A stretch of 15,194 nucleotides of DNA from assembly GCA_002104945.1 (NCBI GenBank), contig MCFH01000216.1, positions 1 through 15,194 on the forward strand, in the 5' to 3' direction. The DNA is from Piromyces finnis finn (taxonomy: Eukaryota; Fungi; Neocallimastigomycota). Numbering within the stretch: the stretch's first letter is position 1; each line of letters opens with the position of its first letter. The notes beneath the pieces are model-generated. The model searched no databases, was not told the origin of the DNA, and saw nothing but the letters and a program-made list of their open reading frames with translations. Shown here one piece after another: positions 8,050 to 15,194 of the stretch. The position numbers and the translations under genes were made by a program.

Positions 8050-8087
8050 CTAACTACTTCAAGAGTACGTTAGGATATCTACCGCCC

Positions 8088-8335
8088 GAAGAAACTTTGT
8101 TGCTACCTTGGTTCAAGAGATTATTGAAGAAATTTTGTTGCTACCTTGGTTCAAGAGATTATTGAAGAAACTTTGTTGCTACCTTGGTTCAAGAGATTAT
8201 TGAAGAAACTTTGTTGCTACCTTAGTTCAAGAGAGTATTGAAGAAACTTTGTTGCTACCTTGGTTCAAGAGAGTATTGAAGAAACTTTGTTGCTACCTTG
8301 GTTCAAGAGAGTATTGAAGAAACTTTGTTGCTACC
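8088..8335 (+). repeat. Tandem array of 6.5 x 38-bp units in the Element B leader
   Basis: Unit GAAGAAACTTTGTTGCTACCTTGGTTCAAGAGA(T/G)TATT starting at 8088, 8126, 8164, 8202, 8240, 8278 and 8316 (partial). Confidence 0.97.
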
Positions 8336-8345
8336 CTAGCAGAAG

Positions 8346-8350
<5 letters not shown>

Positions 8351-8381
<31 letters not shown>
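8351..8381 (+). repeat. Poly(A) tract A31
   Basis: Read directly. Confidence 0.95.
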
Positions 8382-8383
<2 letters not shown>

Positions 8384-8501
8384 ACTCTGATTAATATTAT
8401 TATTATATAATACAAAACTTGTTCGACACTGTATAACAGATCGAGTTTGAATAACTTTTGTATTAACTAACATCGTTTTTGTAGAAATAGTTTTTTCTTT
8501 T

Positions 8502-8520
8502 AAAAAAAAAAAAAAAAAAA
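8502..8520 (+). repeat. Poly(A) tract A19
   Basis: Read directly. Confidence 0.95.
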
Positions 8521-8620
8521 TTACTTACTTGAAACAGTAGTAAGAAAACATTTTTTATATTTTGTTTTATATTTAACGTTGGAGGACTTAATTAGTGAGT
8601 TTGAAAATTTAAATTTAGAG

Positions 8621-11600
8621 ATGGGTGATAGGACTGTGGGTGTTTCTGGGAATTCGGGGAACATTATTAATGCTCCACCGATATTTTCTGGTAAACAAAG
8701 AGAATTGGATGGATTTTTAACCAGAGTTGAGTTGGTATTTCGTACTCGACCGACACTGTATAATACAGATCGAGTCAAGGTCGACTTCGTTATATCATAC
8801 TTCTCTGGTAAACCTTTGGAATGGGCTTCAGTGTTGATGAAGAATAATAGTGGGGTTTTAAACCATTATGATGAATTTGTAGATAGGTTGAAGGCTAATT
8901 TTGGCAGTTATAGATACGATACCGTTGTAGCTAACGGTAAATTAGATAATCTTCGCCAAAGGAAACTTGGTCAGGTATTAGATTACATTACCGAGTTTCA
9001 ACGTATTAGCCAAAATTCAAGCTTTAATGACAGCGCAAAAATCTACATGTTTCTGAAAGGTTTATTACCACCACTTAGGGAGAAGTTGGCTTTCATTGAA
9101 TCAAACCCAACTTCAATTGAACAATTGATTTCTTCAACTATTTTAGTTGAAGATATGATGAAAAGGAATTCTCTAAGTGAATTTTATTTTAATGGTAGAA
9201 GGGCTAACGATCCTATGGATGTGGATGTATTTAGAATTAGTAGAGAAAATAAACGCAAAAGGTATGTGAATATCCAAGGATCAAGTAAAAATTACAATGA
9301 AAACATAGACAACTTTGAAGAAGAAAAGAAAAAGGGGTTATGTTTTCTTTGTAAACAACCAGGACATTTAAAATTTAATTGTCCTAATAGAGTAAAGCCC
9401 AGAAAAGTGTTAAGAATTGTGAAAGAAAGGACTCCAAAAATTGTTAATCCAAAAATTTACAAAGTTGGAGTCAAGGGAGTGAAAAGTGATTTAAACCTTG
9501 TGGACTTTTACTTGAGTACCAATGAAGTTTCGGAAGTTAAGATTAAGGTTTTAATTGATTCCGGTTCTGAATTAAATTTCATTAATCCAAGTCTTGCTGA
9601 AGAACTTGGTATTAATTTGGAAAAAGTGGAACCATTCCGTGTTTCAGGTGTTAGTGATGGAGTTGTTAGTGTTTGGGAAAGGACTGAGAAGTGCATGCTC
9701 CGTTGCAAAAATCACTTCGAAGTAATTCAACTTTATGGATTACAAGTCCCCGGTGTTGATGTTATTCTTGGTTTGCCGTGGATAAAGAAGCATAATCCAA
9801 ATGCTTTCTATGACTCTAAGAAAATCGCTTTTAGTTCTGGTTATTGTGCCAGACACTGTAACACAGGTAAAAGAAAAAGAAAACCAAGAAAGAAGTCCAA
9901 GAATGATCAATTAGATCATGATGTTCTCGACCGAAGCTTAACCAAAAAACCGAAAGTAGATTCCTCCGTCCCAAACCATGAAGAAAAAGAATATGTTAAA
10001 GGCCGCCTTGTTAGAACCATTAATGATGAAGATGACAGCGATGATGAATATATTAGTTTTAATAAAAAAGTTAAATGTATTGTAACGAAAATTAATGAAA
10101 CATGTAATAATGATAATGAATCATGTAGTAATAATAATAATGAAAAGAATATTAATAAAGATAAATTGGTCGCCGTACCAACCCAATATTTAGAATTTAG
10201 TGAAGTGTTTAACGAAAAAAATTGTGAAGTGTTACCTCCTCATAGACCTTATGATTGTGAAATCAAACTTAAGGATGATTCAACTTTATTTTATGGACCC
10301 TTGTATCCATTAACTGAAGTTGAAAGAGAGGAACTTAAAAAGTATATAGATGAAAATTTAAATAAAGGTTTTATTAGGAAATCATCGTCTCCTGCTGGTG
10401 CCCCAATTTTGTTTGTTAAAAAGAAGGACGGTTCCTTAAGACTTTGTATTGATTATAGAAGGTTGAATAATATTACAATTCGTAATTCATATCCTTTACC
10501 TTTAATAAGTGACCTTTTGGATAGGGTGAAAAATGCTAAGATTTTTACCAAATTAGACCTTAAATCCGCTTATAATCTTGTTCGTATTAAAGAAGGTGAC
10601 GAATACAAAACGGCTTTTCGTACTAGGTATGGTCATTTTGAATATCTGGTTATGCCTTTTGGATTAAAGAATGCACCTGCAACTTTTCAACACTTCATTA
10701 ACGATGTCCTTAGTGACTATTTAGACGATTTTGTTATCTCATATATTGATGATATTCTTATTTATTCTAATAATATCGAAGAACATCATGAGCATGTTAA
10801 AAAGGTACTTAAGAAACTACTTGAAAATAATCTTTATGTTAAATTAGAAATATGTGAGTTTGATGTTGAGAAAACCACTTTTCTTGGTTATGTCATTTCA
10901 AAGGATGGATTGCAAATGGATGAGAATAAAATTAAAGCAATTCTCGATTGGCCGGTTCCCAAGAATGTTAAAGAGGTTCAGTCTTTTATTGGTTTATGCA
11001 ACTATTACAGAATTTTTATTAAAGACTTTGCTAAAATTGCAAACCCTCTTCACAAACTCACTAGAAAGAATGTTGCTTTTAACTGGGTGAAAGAAGATCA
11101 GGACGCTTTTATTTTATTAAAATCTCTGTTCACGTCAGCTCCTATTCTAAAACATGCGGATAGTAATAAACAATTTATTGTAGAAACTGATGCTAGTAAT
11201 TATGCTGTCGGTGCTATTCTCTCTCAAGAATTTGATGGCAAATTACATCCTATTGCATTTCTTTCTAAAAGTTTGACGAGTTGTCAAAGAAACTATCCTA
11301 TATATGACAAGGAACTTTTAGCTATTGTAGTTGCTCTTGAAGAATGGCGTCATTATTTAGAAGGTGCACGCCATCCGTTCATAATTTATACTGATCACAA
11401 GAATTTAACATTTCCTAGAAAACCTGAAATGTTATCTCAGAGACAAATTAGATGGAATTTGTTCTTATCCAGATTTGATTTTAAACTCATTTATAGAGCT
11501 GGAAAGAAATCCGGTAAGCCTGATATCCTGTCTCGTAGAAGTGACCATTTAGAGAATAATATTAATTCTGATGTTTCTTGTCTTACTATTTCGTTTCATC

Positions 11601-11653
11601 ATAGCGATAACAAACCGTTAATCGATTCTATTTTATTAGAACTTAAAAAATGA
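8621..11653 (+). CDS. gag-pol: Gag-Pol polyprotein of Element B (capsid, CCHC, protease, RT, RNase H); first ATG 8621, possible TTG start at 8579
   Basis: PPIFSG capsid motif; CFLCKQPGHLKFNC (9341-9382); LIDSGS (D 9557); PFGLKNAP and YIDD (10742-10753); ETDASNYAVG and YDKELLAIV RNase H motifs. The stop follows an A6 run where A5 would continue into integrase. Confidence 0.96.
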   Translation: MGDRTVGVSGNSGNIINAPPIFSGKQRELDGFLTRVELVFRTRPTLYNTDRVKVDFVISYFSGKPLEWASVLMKNNSGVLNHYDEFVDRLKANFGSYRYDTVVANGKLDNLRQRKLGQVLDYITEFQRISQNSSFNDSAKIYMFLKGLLPPLREKLAFIESNPTSIEQLISSTILVEDMMKRNSLSEFYFNGRRANDPMDVDVFRISRENKRKRYVNIQGSSKNYNENIDNFEEEKKKGLCFLCKQPGHLKFNCPNRVKPRKVLRIVKERTPKIVNPKIYKVGVKGVKSDLNLVDFYLSTNEVSEVKIKVLIDSGSELNFINPSLAEELGINLEKVEPFRVSGVSDGVVSVWERTEKCMLRCKNHFEVIQLYGLQVPGVDVILGLPWIKKHNPNAFYDSKKIAFSSGYCARHCNTGKRKRKPRKKSKNDQLDHDVLDRSLTKKPKVDSSVPNHEEKEYVKGRLVRTINDEDDSDDEYISFNKKVKCIVTKINETCNNDNESCSNNNNEKNINKDKLVAVPTQYLEFSEVFNEKNCEVLPPHRPYDCEIKLKDDSTLFYGPLYPLTEVEREELKKYIDENLNKGFIRKSSSPAGAPILFVKKKDGSLRLCIDYRRLNNITIRNSYPLPLISDLLDRVKNAKIFTKLDLKSAYNLVRIKEGDEYKTAFRTRYGHFEYLVMPFGLKNAPATFQHFINDVLSDYLDDFVISYIDDILIYSNNIEEHHEHVKKVLKKLLENNLYVKLEICEFDVEKTTFLGYVISKDGLQMDENKIKAILDWPVPKNVKEVQSFIGLCNYYRIFIKDFAKIANPLHKLTRKNVAFNWVKEDQDAFILLKSLFTSAPILKHADSNKQFIVETDASNYAVGAILSQEFDGKLHPIAFLSKSLTSCQRNYPIYDKELLAIVVALEEWRHYLEGARHPFIIYTDHKNLTFPRKPEMLSQRQIRWNLFLSRFDFKLIYRAGKKSGKPDILSRRSDHLENNINSDVSCLTISFHHSDNKPLIDSILLELKK

Positions 11654-13169
11654 CGATTTGTATAATTCTATTGTCCAATTTAAAATGAATGGTTCTGCAT
11701 GTAATGCACCTATTAAAAATATTGATAAAGTTATTATTGATAACGAAGGATTTTTGTTATATAATAATCTTATTTATGTTCCTAAATCTCTTAGGACAAG
11801 AGTTTTGGAACTTCATCATGATTCTGTTGCTGCTGGTCATTTCGGTATTAAGAAAACCACTGAACTGATTTCCAGAAACTTTTGGTGGCCAAGGTTTCAT
11901 TCAGACGTTAAATCTTTTATCAAATCTTGCGTGACTTGTTGCAAATCCAAAGTCCCCAGACATAAGCCTTATGGATTGTTATCCCCTTTGGACACTCCCA
12001 GTAGGCCCTGGTCTGATATTTCTATTGATTTTATTGTTGATCTTCCTAAGTCCAGAGATATGACAACTCTCATGGTTGTTGTCGATAGATTTACTAAATT
12101 TGCTCACGCCATTCCTTTACGTTGTCTTCCTACTGCTTCGATTGCTGCTGATGCTTTTATTGCTAATGTCTTCCGTTTGCATGGTCTTCCTGATTCCATC
12201 ATTTCTGATAGAGGCTCGCAATTTACTTCTGACTTTTGGTCAAGACTTTGTGACCTTCTTAATATCAATCATTCATTATCAACTGCCAACCATCCGCAGA
12301 CAGATGGTCAAACGGAGAGGGTGAACGGCATATTAGAACAATATTTCCGTTGTTTTATAAATAAAAAGCAGAATAACTGGGTTGATCTTATCCCATTTGC
12401 TGAATTTGCATATAATAATACTTTACAACAATCTATAAATCAATCCCCATTCTTTGCTAATTATGGTTTTCATCCAAAGTTCAGCTTGGAAATCCCGGCT
12501 AATGATAGACCTAGTAGAGCTGAACAAAGAGTAATTGATATGAATGAAAACTTTAAATTATTAAAAGAAAACTTAGAAAAAGCAAAAGAAACATATAAGA
12601 AATATGCCGATATGAAGAGAATGATTCCCCCGGAGTTCGAAGTGGGAAAGAAAGTATGGTTATTGAAAGATTCTCCTGGAACTAACCTAAAGAGAAAATT
12701 AGCACCTCAAATGCTTGGCCCATTTGAGATAATTGGAAAAGTTAGTTCTCTCGCTTTCAAATTGAAACTTCCAAAGACAATGAGATGTCATCCAGTCTTT
12801 CATGTTTCATTGTTAGAACCATACTTTGAAAACAAGTTTAACGACAGGTCTAATCGTAGGAAGAGGAACATTCACCTTAACACAGATTTAATTGAAAAAA
12901 TTCCAGAGAAAATTGAAAAGATGAAATCTGTTAATGGTGAAACATTTTATAAGTTATCATGGAAAGGATTTGACAAATCCACTTGGATTTCTGAAGATCA
13001 GATTCCAGATAAACAATTAATACAAGAGTTTGAAAGAAACTCTAAAAAGTCAAAATATAAGTCGAACGACTCCTCCATGAAAATTAGAAAGAATAAAGTT
13101 GGTAATCTAATCAAGCACAGATACCAACCATTTGTAATTGAAATTCCTTCGAGAAAAGATTCCTTATAA
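11651..13169 (+). CDS. pol: Integrase with HHCC, DDE core, GPY/F and chromodomain; separated from upstream Pol by a +1 shift at A6 11645-11650
   Basis: HHDSVAAGH...CVTC; SIDFIVDLP, SDRGSQF, QTDGQTERVN; GPFEI...HPVFHVSLLEPY; YKLSWKGFDKSTWISED chromodomain (~12894-13037). Confidence 0.95.
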
Positions 13170-13193
13170 ATTAATCTCGCAGGAGCTCGACTT

Positions 13194-13204
13194 AGAGAGA
13201 GAGA
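13194..13204 (+). promoter_or_regulatory. Polypurine tract of Element B, an (AG)n run
   Basis: AGAGAGAGAGA, 1 nt before the 3' LTR. Confidence 0.8.
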
Positions 13205-13205
13205 T

Positions 13206-13810
13206 TGTAAAGATATCAAACGCCTCTGTTTGATATCTTTAATGTAACTTAAGCCACAAGTATTATTGTTTAAGTTACACAAATTATATTCAGAAAAAGA
13301 AAATGAGACATAATTTATTTATTAATAATTAAAGTTTAAAACAAAATAAATTATTAATTTATTTTTAATGTTTAACAAGTAAATTAATATTCTCAATTTA
13401 AATCCCTAGTTTTAGTATTGTTTTTTCATAGAAATAAATAAATAATAAATGATTAATATATCAATAATACATGGGCACATATTCAAATTGAATAGTACTT
13501 AATTTGAATTGCCAATTGTATTTTACTAAAAATAGTTATAGTTTAAATATTTATTAATAATTAAGATTTTAGTGTAGATTTTAAATAATAATATATAAGA
13601 AATAAATAGTTATAATATAATATAAATGTATTTAGGAAAAATATAAATAGAAGATATTTTTCATCATTTTATCGATGTAATTGTTATTAATAAAATTTCT
13701 AATTATAATAAAAGATATTTTTAATAAAACAATTTTTTATTTTATTTTAAATTTTGTGTTATTGTAATAGAATAGATATCCTAATCTATTCTTTCTGTGT
13801 CAGCATTACA
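13206..13810 (+). repeat. Element B 3' LTR
   Basis: Direct repeat of 7435-8038, followed by the TSD. Confidence 0.97.
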
Positions 13811-13815
13811 CTTTG
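13811..13815 (+). repeat. Right target-site duplication CTTTG
   Basis: Identical to 7430-7434. Confidence 0.97.
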
Positions 13816-14820
13816 TCTCTTATAAAAAAGAGCTTGAAAAAAGAGATGGCCAGATTGAGGGAGCAACGAAATGCTCTAGAAGAAAGAGAAAAATTGTTCG
13901 AGGCTAAAGTCGAAGCCATGAACAGAAGAGCTGAAGCCAGAGCTCATGAAAGAACATCCTATCAAACCGGGTGGTATGGGTAATCCTCATGGTGCTGGAA
14001 CTAGTAGCAGCACCAACCCTACGGAATACTCCGAGGATGGGGATGTGAAGATGTTCGACTGGCGAAGTACATAGGTATGAAGAAAAAGTGCCTATGTTTG
14101 ATAATAATGGGATAGACTTAGAGGGTTTTCAAGAGAAGTGCTTACGTCATTTCAAACGTTACCCATATGACTATGGTAACGACGAAAAGGCAAAGGTTAG
14201 CTTCATTGAAGATCATCTAGGTGGGAAAGTATTGAGATGGTATAGACTTAGAGAGAGGATGTTGCAGCGTAGGAATCCTGATGCTGAAAGACTATTCCTC
14301 CACCTTCAAGATAAGTTCCCACCAGAGTCTCCCCATGAACTCTGCAAGTCAAAGTTGCTTAAGCTCACACATGAGTGGGGAAAAGCATACGATTACTTGG
14401 AAGAGTTCAATGAATTGACGGAAACACTTGGGCTTCCTGAAAATGTTAGGAGACAGGTGTTAATACAACAGGTCAGGCCTTCTGTCAGGGAAGCGTTCTA
14501 TGATATCCCTGAACAGGAACGTACGCTGGAAACATTAAGTGAAGTCTTGTTAAAGTGCGATGATCACCAAGCCAGTCTTCCGTAATGAAACCATAAGAAA
14601 AGTACGACAAAAGAGACCGCCAGACCACTATTATGGCCTTGTTGGACATCACAGACCCATGTAGACCATCTAGATGGGCTGAGTTAAAGCAGAAGAACAA
14701 CAAGCCAAATAATAAGCCTAAGTTGAGCAGACCAACACTCAGGCTTACGCAAAAAACAATAACGGTACTAAAGAACGTCGTGAATCCTTAAATAAGTCAA
14801 GCTTTAGAAGAAAGTTCTAG
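13816..14820 (+). pseudogene. gag: 3' part of Element C gag (coiled coil, capsid domain, basic tail) with multiple frameshifts
   Basis: Skipping single bases at 13837-13842, 13949-13951 and 14054-14055 gives a continuous ELEKEMARLREQ...EHPIKPGG...MSTGEVHRYEEKVPMFD...AYDYLEEFNEL (capsid-like). More shifts occur after 14580; the 3' boundary is approximate. Confidence 0.75.
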
Positions 14821-15194
14821 CTTCCAACCAAGGCAAGGACCTTCTAGTATGGGAAATAACCCACTACTTAAGGCTATGGCAAGTCAAACGACGGTCAATA
14901 ACAGTTACTACAGTCAGAACCAACTAGTAGCTGAAATAAATGCAAGAAGCAACCCTCGAGATATAAAAAGGGTAGAAGTCTTGTATGATACTGGTTCCAC
15001 TACAAACCTCATCCACCCAAATTTAGCAAAGAAGCTCGGGTTAAAGGTAGTGGACAAACCAGCCATATTCAGAACTGTGAATGGAGATATCGAGTTAAAG
15101 CAGTTCTCAGATGACTTGCAGTTGAAGTTATGGTTAACTCCATCTGGCGAACAAGAAGCTAAACCATACTGCTTCAACACAAGTTGTCACCTAT
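14792..15194 (+). CDS. pol: Element C aspartic protease region, open to the window end
   Basis: Manual translation: ...RVEVLYDTGSTTNLIHPNLAKKLGLKVV... with D at 14987-14989. The frame is stop-free from 14792. Missing from the ORF track. Confidence 0.85.
   Translation, partial: MSQALEESSSFQPRQGPSSMGNNPLLKAMASQTTVNNSYYSQNQLVAEINARSNPRDIKRVEVLYDTGSTTNLIHPNLAKKLGLKVVDKPAIFRTVNGDIELKQFSDDLQLKLWLTPSGEQEAKPYCFNTSCHL

Larger units (their letters stand above)
7435..13810 (+). mobile_element. Element B: full-length chromovirus (Ty3/Gypsy, chromodomain integrase), very recent insertion
   Basis: 604/605-bp LTRs, 5-bp TSD, domain order Gag-PR-RT-RH-IN-chromodomain, PPT. Confidence 0.97.
6846..15194 (+). 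mobile_element. Element C: Ty3/Gypsy-like retrotransposon interrupted by Element B, continuing beyond the right edge; 5' LTR not resolved (probably within 5482-6845)
   Basis: The gag reading frame joins across the CTTTG TSD, followed by a capsid domain and a DTG protease. Confidence 0.8.

Noticed and set aside
8112-8120. TTCAAGAGA matches the common synthetic shRNA loop
   Set aside because: No flanking long stem or vector sequence, and a related native sequence (TTCAAGAGTA) lies at 8058-8067; treated as coincidence.
8088-8335. 38-bp array as a CRISPR array
   Set aside because: Units are contiguous with no unique spacers, there are no cas genes, and the context is a eukaryotic retrotransposon leader.
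8540-8584. Possible 45-nt intron (GTAAG...TTAAC...GAG) before gag of Element B
   Set aside because: Poor GAG acceptor, no upstream AUG to splice, and such motifs are common in AT-rich DNA.
2506-15180. Short antisense and alternate-frame ORFs in the track (2506, 3114, 6782, 7032, 8521, 9508, 10854, 12076, 12998, 14485, 14914)
   Set aside because: All shadow retrotransposon coding regions and show no recognisable motifs.

Overview
Extremely AT-rich eukaryotic DNA made almost entirely of three LTR retrotransposons of the Ty3/Gypsy type; no host gene is evident. The composition and elements suggest an anaerobic gut fungus (Neocallimastigomycota), but this is inference only. Element A (1036-5481) has identical LTRs, a tRNA-Ala-type PBS, a PPT and an intact gag. 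A -1 frameshift signal (slippery site plus predicted pseudoknot) leads into a second ORF with an aspartic protease and a long orphan basic tail, and there is no RT, RNase H or integrase. Its 5' end is mirrored in a large palindrome (1-2020) whose junction sits on a short inverted repeat inside the LTR. Element B (7435-13810) is a very young, complete chromovirus with a CTTTG target-site duplication. It has no tRNA PBS but carries a Tf1-like self-priming signature (11-nt complementarity downstream of a TATA box, plus U5 and U5-leader stems) and an unusual leader (38-bp array, poly(A) tracts, a gag-derived hairpin copy, no AUG). Element B sits inside the gag of Element C (6846 to window end), whose gag-protease region can be rebuilt across the insertion and several +1 frameshifts.
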